Under the pieces are notes generated by a model. The model made no database searches. It was not told where the DNA came from and was given only the letters and a program-made list of their open reading frames with translations. Made by a program: the position numbers and the translations under genes. From Camelus ferus (taxonomy: Eukaryota), in contig NC_045696.1 in the NCBI RefSeq assembly GCF_009834535.1, forward strand, positions 7,194,001 through 7,258,000: 64,000 nucleotides of DNA, given 5' to 3'. This document shows, piece after piece, positions 1-13,491 of the stretch (the first letter of the stretch is position 1; each line of letters starts with the position of its first letter).

Positions 1-29
1 CAGAACACTCGGATACCACCTCTCCTTCC

Positions 30-190
30 CGCCTCCGTCACCCCATGCCGCACTCAGACAACTGCAACAGATCCCTAACAGCTCACTCTGTCTTTACCTT
101 GCCCATCTGCAATTCTGTATTTCTTCAGTGAGATGGCTACAGCGGCCTTTCTAAAGTGCAAATCTCAAGTCTTCACCCCTGCTTACAAGT
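30..190 (+). mobile_element. L2 (LINE-2) fragment
   Basis: '...ccctaacagctc...cttgcccatctgcaattctgtatt...gcctttctaaagtgcaaatctcaagtcttcacccctgctta' resembles the L2 3' region; highly diverged. Confidence 0.45.
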
Positions 191-724
191 GCACATCACC
201 TGCATTAGCTCTGCTTTTAGACCTCGGACTCTGTCCCCTCCTTTCGCAGCACGAGGCCCTTAACTGACCCAGAGTATATGACTGATAAACGTCTGCTGAA
301 CACGTTAAAGGACCACGTCTTCATGGCAAATGGGGTAACTTATCTAAACAATTCATTAATCAGAATTTAAAATACATTCAGTTAATTCAATTATGTGGAA
401 CAATTCTGTTCAGTTTAAAGGGGGTGGGGTTGATTACATCCGAAGGAAATAATAGATGCTATGCACAAATACAGTTAGGAAACAATATATAACCTGGTAC
501 TGTTTGCAACAGCAAACAACTGGAAATCTAAATGTCAAATAATTGGTGCGGGGGTGGGGGGGTGTATGCTTAAATCTTCATGTTAAAAACAAAAGAAAAC
601 TGGGAAGGAATATAAATAAATAAAATATATATATGAAAAGAACTGAGGTCCTTGATATACAAACAACTCAGAAATAAACAGTAAAAAAACTAAGACCCTG
701 CATCATAAAGACAGCAACTCTCGG

Positions 725-850
725 CCCTAGTTTCCCTGCCTACAGCAGAGGTGTTATTACACTAACCCCAGTCCCTTAGGTCTGTCACAAAGTTTAAATG
801 AGATACCACAAGTAGACATGCAGAATAGAACCCAGCACATAATAACCATT
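725..850 (+). mobile_element. MIR SINE fragment
   Basis: 'agtttccctgcctac...ttaaatgagata...cccagcacataata' matches MIR core and 3' motifs. Confidence 0.55.
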
Positions 851-919
851 TTTTTAAAAAATTAATTTCGATTTCTATTATCAGTGCCATTATTAAATTC
901 TATGCTTAAACTTGCTTTT

Positions 920-944
920 TATATATATATATATATATATATAT
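920..944. repeat. (TA)n microsatellite
   Basis: Perfect alternating TA run of ~25 bp. Confidence 0.95.
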
Positions 945-949
945 AAATA

Positions 950-3600
950 CAGAAATTAGAATACAGCTTAAACAATTATCATCAACTGAACTTGTCAGGC
1001 AGGAATAATAAAAACTGCCATCTTCCCAGAACCACCCCACCACTGGTCCACAACCACTCACAGTCAATGCTGAATTCTCTCTCCCCCAAAAGTCATTAAT
1101 ATCCTGAACTCCATAATCAGATTAGTTTTAACTTTATATAAGTGAATCTGTTTAAGCTACAGTTTGTTCATTATCATTACTTTATAGTACCCCACTGTAT
1201 GAACAAGTGACGATTTATTTATCCATTCTTCTTTTGACTGACACTGGATTATTTCCAGTTCAGAGCTATTATGAATACTGCCACTGGGAAGATTTTTGTT
1301 ATACGTCTTTCTGCATATATAGAGATGCTGTCCTATTTTTTTTTGTTTTTCATCTAATTTTTCCCTAGCAGTTTATGAAAACTCCCTGTGCTCCACTCCA
1401 TTCCTTCACCAACACCTAGAATCATCAGTATCTCTGATTTCAGCCACGACAGTGTATTGGTACTCCATTGTGATTTTAATGTGTTTTCCTGATGACTGTG
1501 AGCACCCTTTTCATTTATTTACTGGCCACTTGGATATCCACTTTTGTGAAATGCCCAGATTGTTTTTCCATTTTTCTATGAAGAGAGTCTTTTTCGTACA
1601 AATTTCTACATTTTTTAAAAAGTCTATTTTTAACATACTTTGGATGTAAGCCCTTATTGATTAGATGCTTTGCACTGTCACTCTCTTAGTGTTATTTTTT
1701 TGATGAATGTGATCTCTTAATTTTACCAACTTTTGTTTAAAGTTAGTTCTTTTGCTGTCTGTTTTAAGAAATCTTTCCTTATATCAAAGTCATGAAGAAA
1801 TTCTATGTTATCTTCCAAAAGTTCAGTTTTACCATTCACACCTAGAGATGGGCAATGCTCTTAGATCTGATTTCTGTGTTTGTGATAGCAATCAAGTTTC
1901 ACTTCCCCCAGAATGGACATCCAATTAACTAGGAACCAGTCGTTAAAAGGACAAACTTTCCCCAATGTCTTGTAATGTCATCTTTATCATAAATCATATT
2001 CCCACATATGCCTGGATCTGTTTTTGGATTCTTTGATCTGCTGGATACAGACTTACTTAGGTTTCTTATGTCTTTGCCTAAGAACCAGACGTTGTCTAAA
2101 TTATAACAGCTTCAGAAATTTAAATATCTAGTAGAGAATTTTGTTCTTCTTCAAGAATGTTTGCCTACCCTTAGCCTTTTGTGTGTCCATCTATGTTTTA
2201 GAATTAGCTCATCAAATTCACCAAAATAAACAAACTCATGCTGGGGTTCTGACTGAATCTGCATTATCTCAAACAGGGCTGTCCAACAGAATGTTCTGCA
2301 ATGATGGATTTATCTGCACTGTTTAATAAGTAACTACTAGCAAAACTGGTGACTTGAATAGTTTTTTTTCCCCTCTTCCCTTTGCCTTACTCTCCCTGCT
2401 GGGACCTCCAATACAGTGGTGATTAGAAGAGGAGATACAGGTGCTACTGTCTTATTCCCAACCTCAGAAAGAAAGCTTTCAATATCTCTTCAGTATCGTG
2501 GTTGCTGTAGGTATTTAACTGAGAACGACTATCAGGTTAAAGAAATTCCCTTCTAATCCTAGTTTGCTAAAACTTTTTCCTCAAATGGATGCTGAATTTT
2601 ATTAAGTGCTTTTTCTGCATCCATTGAAATAACATGACTTTTCTGATTTACTCGGCTAATGTGGTCAACTACACTGATCGGTTTATGAATGGTAAACCAT
2701 TCACTGTGCATTCCTGGAATTCAATTTGGTCATGACTATCCTTCTGTAGTAGATTCACTGGTGAAATCATCTGCACCTGGAGTTTTCTTTGTGGGTAGAT
2801 TTTTCTATTAAAGGTACTATTTCTTTAATATGACCATTCAGATTTTGTATTTCCCGGTGTCTGTTTGGGTAGGTTGTATTTTTCTAATAGTATGTGAACT
2901 TCACCTAAATTTCAAATGCACTGGTATCACTTTCCTCACAATATCCTCTCTTGAAAGCTTTTCAATGTTTGTAGTGACAGCTCCTTCACCTAATACTGGC
3001 GAAGACAACCTCTTTCTTCTGTGTGATAAGTCTTTGATTGTGATCAGTTTGATTAATAAATCAAAGGTTTATTAATTTTATTAAGTATATTCTTTTATAT
3101 TTATCTTCTATTTCTGCACTCATCCTTGCTATCAGTTAGCGAGAGGTGTATTAAAAATCTCCCATTTAAAAAGTTATGTTACTGGATTATATAAATTTAA
3201 AGCTCTTATACCTTCCTGATGAATAAAATCTTTTATCGTTTTAAGTTGTCCCTCTGTTTCCAATAGTGTTCTGCTATACTAATATATACTAATAACCACA
3301 CCAAGCCTACTCTTCATCTTTGCATGTATGTGTTTTGTCCATCCTTTCGCTTTCAACTGTTACATTTCCTTATACTTTAGATTTACCTCTTATAAACAGT
3401 TATCTATGGGTTTAATTCATGTATGAACACTAGTAACCCTTCTACTTATTCCAACTGTTTTATGCTCCTTTCTTATCTTCTGCTGAATTAATCTTTTTAC
3501 ACCCCCCTTGCATGCAAATTACTTTATTATTTTTAGTTATTTCATACATTACAATATAGATTATATATCCTTGACTCATCAAAATCTAATTACTCCTTTA
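950..3600 (-). mobile_element. Ancient L1 (L1M/L1ME-type), fragmented, 3' UTR and ORF2 region
   Basis: Antisense L1 hallmarks: 'ttatccattct...ctggattatttccagtt', 'ctcattgtgattttaatgtg'-like text at 1460-1490, 'aaattcccttctaatcctagtttgct', 'gatgctgaattttattaagtgctttttctgcatc'. Confidence 0.75.
2274..2360 (+). mobile_element. MER3-like hAT-Charlie fragment nested in L1
   Basis: 'cagggctgtccaacagaatgttctgcaatgatggatttatctgcactgtttaata' matches the MER3 5' end. Confidence 0.65.
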
Positions 3601-3933
3601 ATCTGTATACTATTGTTGACTTGTGTATGTATACACACACACAGTCACAAGACAGCAACTAATCATCCAGTGTGAACAGAATCAGACTCAAGGATACATT
3701 TAGAGGGACAGGTGGGTATTTTGTGATATCCAGACAGCTAGGAAAGAATTACAAAGAAATGGATAGCTGCTGCTTGATTATTACTATTATATAACTATAC
3801 TCCTAAAATACTAGTTTCATTTTCTGAATCTACATCCAGCCAATTACATGCATTAAAATCAACAAGCACTTACTGAGGTTACACTAACTACAGCATTGTT
3901 TTGTGGGGTAACAATGCCGCTCATGATCTATAA

Positions 3934-4104
3934 CAGTGTGTCTCAAACTTTAACATGCTTACAAATTGCCTTTGTATCTTGTTAAAACTGCAGATTCTTA
4001 AAACTAAACCAAAAAACACTGCAGATTCTGATTCCATAGATCTAGGGTAGGACTTGAGAGTCTCCACAAGCCTCCAGATCATGCCATTGCTGCTTTGAAT
4101 AGCA
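3934..4104 (+). mobile_element. MER5A-like hAT-Charlie element
   Basis: 'cagtgtgtctcaaactttaacatgc...cttgttaaaactgcagattct...gattctgattccatagatctagggtagg...tttgaatagca'. Confidence 0.7.
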
Positions 4105-4848
4105 TTTTTTAAAAATTTAACGGCTCACCTTAATAAAAGATTATTTTCCAACTAATGAAACTAGCAGATAACCCAAAAATAAGCTATAGTCTGACTACAC
4201 AATACACTATAGGGCCCCCCCACACACACATTTACCTTCCTAGGTTAAGATTTTGGGGTTTGTTTGGGTTTTTTTTTAAGACCAATACACACCCCAATGT
4301 GTAAGGGTGGTATGGTAGGTGATAAAGAATCTGATGTTCCTTTTAAAATTTGCTGTAGGTAATCTAAATGTGGATTAACTAGCAATAACTATGTTTCTCA
4401 CTTGTGAGATTTTTTTTTTAAGGCTATTTACTCCACCATCTATTAGAACTACTTAGTAACGTTACCATCTATTTAGTGACATGAAAGAAGATTACGCTTC
4501 TAGTGCTGAGGCCTCACAACTTATGGTCTGTGTCTGGGCGCATCTGCCACATGCTCACTGCTCCTTTCTCAGCTCAACTGCTGTGTGTGAAATCCACAAA
4601 GAGACTCAAGTTCAGTTTCCTCCCACGATGCCAGAAAGCATTTAAGGTGTTCCCTCATCCATCCCTCTCCTAGAGTAAGACTCCAAAAAGACAAATAATG
4701 TGGGACTCTCTTGCCAACCTGATTTTATAATTAAGCAAATCATCATGGTTTTTATTCTTTCTAAAGTTTCCATCTTCCCTTTTAATACAAATGTTAATGA
4801 GAAAAAGGATTCAGTTGATTCTATAACAGAGCTGACGATAATAAAGTG

Positions 4849-4928
4849 TTAGGTTGAACTACATGAAATTGCTAATATCAGACCTCCTTTGGCCTACAAA
4901 ACAGCAATGTCATACGGTTTTACTCTAT
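4849..4928. mobile_element. MADE2 mariner-derived MITE (~80 bp imperfect palindrome)
   Basis: ttaggttgaactacatgaaattgct...agcaatgtcatacggttttactcta. The arms are imperfect inverted repeats resembling MADE2 TTAGGTTGAACCATATGAAATTGCC...GGCAATTTCATATGGTTCAACCTAA. Confidence 0.8.
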
Positions 4929-6494
4929 ATCTACCATATTACATACTCTGTAATCAATTAAATTAAAAATCAGCTACAATATTTTAGCCCAAGAATGTGT
5001 CACATGTTGCAATATCGGGCATTTTAATGAAAAATTTATATTTAATTCAAAATTACCTTCGAAATCATTATTTGGAGTTCAATTTCAAAATAATATTTTA
5101 AATTGCTGCCAAATATTACAAAAGGCAATTTGGAGAAAGTATGTGGGTAGGGTCGTATCTTCACTTTTTTACATTATTCTGAACTATGTGGATCTTTTTT
5201 ACCATGAGGATATTTCTGAAACTTTAAAAAAAGTTCATTAAAATTTTGTTGATAATTAAAGTTTACTAAAAAGTGAAGTAGCTTTCTCACTCCAGCCAAG
5301 TTACTATGTCCTAGCAAGAAGCTATAACTAGAGACCATAACACTAGTAGAGATTAGCACTGATTCTAGAGAGAAACGTTCCTTGAACAGATCTCAGAGAC
5401 TGGGAGACAGCAAGACTCAAAACAGCAGAGGTTAAAAGGAGAGCAAACACCGAAGAGAAAAGCCTGGGAGGAGACCCTGAGTGAAAATAACAACCATTTT
5501 TAATCTCTGATCTAAGACCCACATGGAGCTCCACCTGTAGCTAACCCGAATTTCTTCTGATTATTACTATGTTGATAAGGGACCACCCTTATGACAGTAT
5601 CAATCCACATTAGATTTTAAAGAGACAGAACAATATTAAAGAATAAAAATAAATGAAAATAATTCCAGGTAATTAAAACTACAGCATTCAAAGGTGGAAA
5701 CTTTTATGAGGCCAAGTTTCTGAAACAGAATCTCCTAAGAAGTGAGGGAAGGGCAACCAAGCTTAGGTGGGAAGAAATCTGCAAGGTCCCTAGCAACAAG
5801 ACACATCTGTAACAAAAGAGAAAAAAAATGCTGAATAGCCAGTTGCACTTTTAATGATGGCTGGAAAGAAAGGTACACAAAGGGAGTGACTGAATGGACA
5901 TCCACAAGGAAGTTCGGTTCAGCAGGATATCATTAACACCAAGAACAGTGCCTGGGGCATGGCCTGCATTCAATAAATATTTGTTCAATGAAAAAGTGAA
6001 TGAGTCCATTAGGAATATTTAGAATGTGAAGAAATGGTTCAGAGAGGGAGAAAGCTAATCAGGGGATAAGGATGAAAGAATTTTTAAAAGGAGGGGCTTA
6101 TGAGTCAGAAATAAGGAACAGCATGATCCTAGCACAGGTATATACGTCTCTTGCCGACAGTCAGTTTCTCTTACTCATGCACAGAGCACAGTGCCTGCCT
6201 CCACAGCAGGTGTTAAATAAACATATATTAAGGTGAAACTATGTTATGCTTCTGTAAATTATCTAATTTTAAGGACAAATGAACTGATTTCTTACAACCT
6301 TCTAGTAGGGGGCCAATATACATCACCGCAGAACACACATACTTTAACCTACAAACCAAAACAGCTACAAACAGGATGAAACTGCTCATAAGATCTAAAT
6401 AAATGCTCAAGTTTATCAGTTCGATACTTTGATTAAATCTGTATATTAAACTGTTAGGGATAACAATGGGATGGGGTAAAACATTTATCTTTAA

Positions 6495-8450
6495 AGCCTG
6501 TAATACCAGACTTCCACTTCTGACCATTTTAGAGTACCTAGTACTAAACTACCTCAACTCACCGTAAACCACTATAAAAGTGGTCAAAACATATGAAATA
6601 ATTATTTTCAGACAGTGGAAAACAGGCCATTCATAGCTGTGATCACTGAGAAAAGGGAAATAAACTTGGTGAGCCTCACACTCCCCCTGGCTTTCTATCT
6701 GGAGACAATGTCCAGAGTATAGTGTAGGGAGGGACAATTTCCAAAGAACCCAGTGGTCTTGATGAGTCGAGGAGACGTAGATGAGAGTTCAAGGCTACTG
6801 AGTTGGCTGGAATTTGTGGGGCAGGCAGTAGAAATAAGAGACCTATGTATGTAGAGAAGGGGCTCCACTTATCTGTACCCAGGGATCACTTTGACTCTTT
6901 GGCCAAATACAAAGCTGCACAATCGTCAGGCGAAGGTCCAGGAAGCCACGCAGAGAGCGACCGACAGGGAGCTGAAAGCTGAACAACTACTAGAAATAGC
7001 ACAGGACAGCAGACGGAGTGACCAAATCACCTAGCGGGAGAGACCCTGCTGAACACCACACACGTTCCAGACACTCTAGGAAACCCACGCTTTAGGAGGA
7101 GAGCTCAACTAGCCCTACAGCAAAGGCTGCCGTCTACAGGTCCTAACAGAGACCGAAACAAATCTCAAAGGATCCAGATGATCTACAAGTTAACTAACGG
7201 CCCACCAGGTCAAAATTCAGCATTTTTAAAATGAGGATAACAAAACCCAGAAGCTCAACAGCTTAGCATTCTAAACACCCATATCCAATCAAAAATCACT
7301 AGGCACATAGAGAAGCAGGAAAATGTGGTCTGTATTCAAGAGAAAAAACAACAAAAACTCATTAGTAGACCCAGAAATGATAGAAATAATGAAATTAGCA
7401 GACAGAAACTGGATTATTAAGATATGTTTTTTAAAATAAAGGAAATTATGGACAAAATAAAACAACAAATAGCAAATCTTAACAGATAAATGGAAACTAA
7501 AAACAAATACAAAATATAATAGAAAAAGCACAAAGCATCCAAAATCTATGAACACAATCAAGTTAACACCCCTGTTTGAAAGAAGTATCAAAGGGAAGGA
7601 GAAAGAAACAGGGGAGTAAAAATTTATAAACAAATAATAGTCAAGAGTTTTCCAAATGTAATGAAAAGTATCAACCCACAGACTCAAACTCAATGAACTC
7701 CAAGTAGTATAAACACTCCCACCCACATACACACTGAGGCATTCAACTCAGCTCCTGAAAATCAACAATGAAGGAAAAAAAGAAAAAAACTTCAGCCGTG
7801 TGGGGCTGGGGGGTGCACACTTACACACAGAAGCACTGACTTCTCATCAGAACCATATACACCAAAAAAAATAAAGCACTATCTTTAAAATGACGAAAGA
7901 AAAAGACCTTTAACCTACAATTCTATGTCCAGTGAAAACATCCTTCAAAAGAAGGCAAAACACTTTTTCAGACAGATGAAAGTGAAAAAACTTGTCAACA
8001 GCGGACTTGCACTCAAAAAATGCTCACAGTTCACAGAAGAAAAATGATTCCAGATATGAACTGTGATCTATACAGTGGAATAAAGACAACCATAAATGGA
8101 AAATATGAAAATATGTAGATAAAATAGCAAAGACATTTCTCTCATCAATTTTAAAAAGGTAATTTAAATGTTTAATTTTTCTAAACATTTTTGTTTAAAG
8201 CATAAATAACAACATATTGTGGAGTTTATAACACAGATAAAAGTAAAATCTGTGACAACCACAGGATCAAGGACAGGAGAGGTAAAAAGGAAGTACAAGA
8301 CAGTGTAACTTACGGATGCACATGGTAAGCCCTCAAGCAACCACTGAGAAAGACCACACAGACAGGTAGATGTGTGGATGGATGGACAGACACATAAACT
8401 ATCCTCAACTAGATTACAAAAAATCTTACTTATTAACCCTGCAGAAAATG
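6495..8450 (+). mobile_element. Ancient L1M 5' region and decayed ORF1
   Basis: 'gacttccacttctgacc', 'aaaatcactaggcacatagagaagcaggaaaatgtg', 'gacccagaaatgatagaaataatgaaattagcagacag', 'gacttctcatcagaacc', 'aattctatgtccagtgaaaacatccttcaaaa'. Confidence 0.75.
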
Positions 8451-8873
8451 GTCCCTAATCCTTTCAATTACAAAAGGCAATCCAAATTCTTATAGCTGAA
8501 ATAAAAGGTCAAGAACTTATTTTTAATAATAGCATCTGGAACACAAAAAGGATTAGAATAGTCACTCACGATATAGCTGCTAGATTCCATAAATTACTAC
8601 ACTGCACACAGTATATAACATGTAATGGGTAAATTTATATTTCCCCCAATATTCCAGACATGCTGTAAGTAATCGCTGCCTAACTGAATGTGTAGCATAT
8701 AAAGAGCACAGGCATTTATAAATTTATAAATGTGAATCAGCCATTAGAAGATTTAGATATGCAACACAAAATGGAAGAGTATTATGTTGCAATAAATTAA
8801 ACATATAAACTGCTGGATTTCAGGTATGATTAACTGGTAACTGATTTTTTTAAAAGACTGCCACAAAACTTAC

Positions 8874-8911
8874 CTTAAAACTGAAAACTAACACTTTACT
8901 GGAAAAATTAC
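8874..8911 (-). other. Candidate recursive-splice exon / splice-site cluster
   Basis: Minus strand: GTTGCTTTCTTTAGCAG|GTAATT at 8912/8911, then AAG|GTAAGT at 8874/8873, 38 nt downstream. Confidence 0.3.
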
Positions 8912-10593
8912 CTGCTAAAGAAAGCAACATATTTAACACAACCACCAAAATACTGGCCACTTGTACATAATGCTCACAAACACGTTTCTGAGGCAAAAAA
9001 GTCTCAGGCAAATACAATAAAATTGGTTCATCTCCATGACGGTAGTTGCGTGATCCTTGCTGGCTTATAACTGTTTTCAATGTATGCAGTCTCTTGACCC
9101 ACCCGCCCCACCCTGCTCCAGTCCTTCAGGGGAACAAAAGGCAAACTCGTTTCTGGGAGTTAATTTTAGATGCTGTTTCACCAGACAACCCTGCGGAGGG
9201 GCAGAAGAGGATGCCTCCTGGACTAGCAGAATCCAGATAACGGCACAAGGGAACAGCACACGAGGCGACAGCTGCTGAAGCAGCCCTCTCAGGCAATGTC
9301 AGTGACTGAGTACAGACACAGTGGTACATACAAACATAGGACCTAATTTACATACATTTCTTTCTGGCCATATATTAGAATAACATGATCCATTCAACAG
9401 GTAACTAATCAGGCTAAACTGAGATCAAGCTCCTAAAAAGGGAAAAAATCTACTACTAATGTAAGAATAAAAGTATCTTCAAGAACCTAGAAGATCTACA
9501 CGGTGCTGGTTGCTCTCTCAGGCCTCAAGGCTAACACTAAAGAAAATGAGCAAAAACTGGGGTCCTGACTAGATGACTTGTATAGATGCTAATCACTTAC
9601 TTAGCTGAAGGATTCACACATTCACTGCAGTCACTTGGCCTGCGTTAAGTTTAACTTTCACTGATAAAGATACCAAAAGTTTTACAAAAATGACTTAAGT
9701 CATTCAAACTGACAAACTATGCTGGTTATAATCAAGAAATAATTCTTTCAAACAAGCTAGGAAACCATTACCATTCAGACTAGATGGTAAGCCAGATCCC
9801 GAGACTCCAGCGTGTCTCTCAATGAAAGAAATGACCACAGAGCTCAAGGCTAACAGACAGCTGTCCCTCGTACTAGTGCTGGTCGGATGACGTAGCCTCA
9901 CTTATGGTTTACAAGACAGTCACCTGAGACAGGACCAGGAGTAGCTGGCAAACATAGAACAGTTCAATGCAGCCTAAGTAACTTGTGCGCTCAGTGAATG
10001 GCACTTCCTATTTTCAGTCAGAAGATGGGGTTTGTGTTCACCTCTCAGGTCAGAGTCATCCGTGGGCAGTGAAGGGAGAGCCCTGGACCCCTCTGGCTGG
10101 GAGAGCTGTGGGTCTCAAGCTGCTCAAACTCACCTTTGTGAAGCCCCATGGTCTTTCTGTATCTCAGATTCCTCTGTACCATGCAAATTTAGCATATTCA
10201 TTTACAAAACAGGTAAAATGAGAAATACATGATTTGGAAAGTTCAACTTGCTACGCAGAAACACACTGAACTAGGGTTTAAGACGTCCTGTCACTTGCCG
10301 TAACCTCAGCATAAACGCAGCATGGTGACAAACAAGGCAGTTTCCTTATACATGAAGTAAGAGTCATCGTCATCTCGTCCAGTCACATAAATGCAAAGTA
10401 GTCCTTCCCTCGTAAAATGCCATGGATTTGAAACGTTACACAGATCACTGCCAGAGGAAAGGAAAGGTTGTGTTCAAAAGTCTCTGTTTAGAGCTGAAAA
10501 GACACTTTCTAATAAATGGTGGTTAGATTCTAACTTATTTCCTTTTTTAAAATATCTACACAAAAACATAGTAGGAAAACTTTCAATGTTTTA

Positions 10594-10627
10594 TACACAC
10601 ACACACATACATACACACACACACACA
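10594..10627. repeat. Interrupted (CA)n microsatellite
   Basis: acacacacacacatacatacacacacacacacag. Confidence 0.85.
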
Positions 10628-12924
10628 GTGTATGAATATGTACATACATATATAACCTGAATCGCCCAAAGATGCTCCCTCCCCCACCCCGCTCCAGGAG
10701 TTCTCTTCAGCTCTCCTGACCATCATTCTGCCAGGGCCCACACACGCTGAAGCTGCCTTCCAGAAACCTGAAAGTACAAACAGAAGAGACACGATATACT
10801 GCAACACATCTAGAAGCTACTGAAGAGCCGGACGCTGCCTGCGTGGCTGCCTTCCCCTGCAGGGAAGAAGAACCAGGAAACAGAAAGAGGCAGCCAGGAG
10901 TACAACACGGGCGGAAAGGTCACCTACCACAGGCTGCCATCACCTTCAGCTAGGCCACAACCGTGTCACTTTAAGAAGTGTCTGAAGATGCTACTAAGTT
11001 TCGGGCACATTCAGTTTCTTTGGAAAGAAAGCTGCCTCAAACCTTCCCTAATCTCTGCCTCTGCCTTCTCTCAAAGCAGGCAGAGCAACAGCAGCTGAGG
11101 GACACAGCCACTTTTTAAAACTTCCCCTCTCCTACCCCAGGCAGAAAAGAGGAGAACCCTGCACATACTCCTCTCCTCACTTTTTTTTAGTTCTAGCTAG
11201 ACAGCTGTGAAACATACAAGATATTTTTAAATCTAGTTAAGTACTTGGTTGGGTACCTATATTGAATTGCAGCAGAATACTTAAAATTATCCAATGAGGC
11301 AATCATTTGGCTTTGTGATTCCAATTAAAACACTATATTTACGGGGATTTTCCATTACAAAATGCCCAAAAGGCAAGAGATTCATCCGACCAGAGACGCT
11401 TTAAAAGTTAAGCACTGAGCAAATTGTTAACTATTAGACAGAGGTTATAAAATGTAATAATATAAAAAAGTAACCCTTCATTAAAAGTATACTTATGTAG
11501 CAAATAAACACATCATTTCAGAGCTCATCATTAGTTTTCCTTCTTACACATGTACTGTGCAAGTGTTTAAAATTCGTGGCTAAGTTCCACACCAAATGAA
11601 AATAGTATAGAAAATGTTACTGTATGAAATGTTATACAATATCCTGAATATATAAAATTCCCTAATGATACCATTAAAAACACTAAGATCTGTCACTGCC
11701 TCCCGCCCCCACCCTCCAAAAAGTCAGGCAAAAGATGAAATTCTCATAAACCAATAATAAGTATATGGAAAAACTTTCAAATTCACTAGAAGTCAAAAAG
11801 TAAGTCCATACGTAAGTAACAGTAAGATTTCACCATTTACCTCTCAAACAAGCACATTTTTCCAAACCAGGCAGAATACCCTCAATAATAACAGTATGGA
11901 TAGAGCAGCTTTCTATGACCCTTTACCAGAACGCTCTGCTAGCAGTTTTTCACAATTAAAGAAAAAGTGATAAAAGTAAAAAATAGTAAGAACATTCATC
12001 ACACTCTCCATGCCAAACTTTGTGCCAGTATGCCTCAGATCCACGGAAGTCCCACGAATCAGTGGCATTAATACAGCATCTGTTACATTTTACATAGAAA
12101 GAAAAGAGTCCAGCAGCCCCATGGGGCCTGGCAGCTGGTGGCCCCACATTCATGGGCTTCGGGCTGGTCAGTGGTGGTAGGGCAAACCAGACTCTCCAGG
12201 GTCCACGCTCCTCAGAGACAGAGGGAGTAGGAGTGGGGGGTGCTCAAGAGACACGGGGAGCACCCCTGCGAGACAGGACTGATGCGTCCTCACAAGAGTG
12301 AAGAGAAACTGAACCAGCAAGTCTGAAAAGAGATCGGGCTGGGAACCAGCCCTCTGCGAGAGATGTCCCCTCCCACGTGCAACCTACTTGAATGCAGGTG
12401 AACGCAGATGAATGGGTCGCTGTGGCCAGAAGAGACGGGAATTTAAAAGGGAGTCTAGGAAAAACGAGTAAACTTCACATCAAATTTTACAAAAGAACCT
12501 TTAAAAAAAAAGAAAAGCCAGTTCTCTAGTCACCATGAATTCTGTGACGAGCTCACAAAACTGACCTGTGAGAAAAGACTAGACTAGGAAGTTCAGCAGC
12601 CCTGTCCCTGCGGCCTCCCCCGACTCCCGCCCCCCAGACTCCCAGCATACCAGGGACACCTTCCACCTCGGAAGTCCTGGCTCTGCTGCTTTGCCTGAGC
12701 AACTCCCACTTTCCCTCCCAACTGCAGTTCAAATGTCACTTCAGGTTTGGCTGGATAATGGAGTACAGACAAAGGAGCAGGTAAGGATACACAGGTAGGC
12801 TGGACCAGAGTCCTTCCGCCAGGGTAAGAAATCTGGATTTTGTAAAAAAGCTAAGAGGGCACCAGGGAAGGTATGCCAGGAGTGATATGGCTCTGGCTGT
12901 GTTTTCAGTCACAGCGATAAACAA

Positions 12925-13095
12925 ACACTGGGGTGTCTGGATTCAATCTCGCCACTTACTACCCAGCGACTGAGTGACTGGGTAAATAAATCTGTGCCTC
13001 CCTTCCCATCTGCAGAATGGGTTAAGCCAGTACTCAAACCTCAAGACTATTATGAAAATCAAAGATTTAATGTTTAAATTGGTACCTGGCACATG
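12925..13095 (+). mobile_element. MIR SINE
   Basis: 'ctggattcaatctcgccacttacta...gtgactgggtaaat...ctgtgcctcccttcccatctgcagaatggg...tacctggcacat'. Confidence 0.7.
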
Positions 13096-13195
13096 GGACC
13101 TTCCGGGATTCTACACGCCCCCTTAACAAACAATCTATCCTCTAATTCATTCATTCAACAAACATTTACCACGCCCCCACTATGCTCTACACCTT

Positions 13196-13491
13196 AGCTG
13201 TCCGGTACGGTAGCCACTAGTCACAGGTGGCCACTCAGTGCTTGAAATGCAACTATCTGGAACTGAGATAAGCTGCAAATGCAAAGCACATGCAAGATTT
13301 CAAGGAATTACTACAAAAAACAGAATGTAGGATATATCAATAAATTTTTAATTTTAAAATAACATATTTTAGATATAGTGGGTAAAATAAGATACCAAAA
13401 TTAATGTTTCTTTTTTTCTATTTTTTAAACTGTGACTCCTAAAAGCTTAAATTACATAGGTGGCTTATGTTATAATCTACTGGACAGTGCT
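13196..13491 (+). mobile_element. MER33 hAT-Charlie element, near full length
   Basis: Starts 'gctgtccggtacggtagccactagtcacaggtggcc' and ends 'tactggacagtgctg' (inverted termini), with the typical AT-rich middle. Confidence 0.8.

Noticed and set aside
7289..7732. Longest ORF (147 aa, hydrophobic, minus strand) as a membrane protein
   Set aside because: It is the antisense reading of an A-rich decayed L1 ORF1 region, which naturally gives Phe/Leu-rich text.
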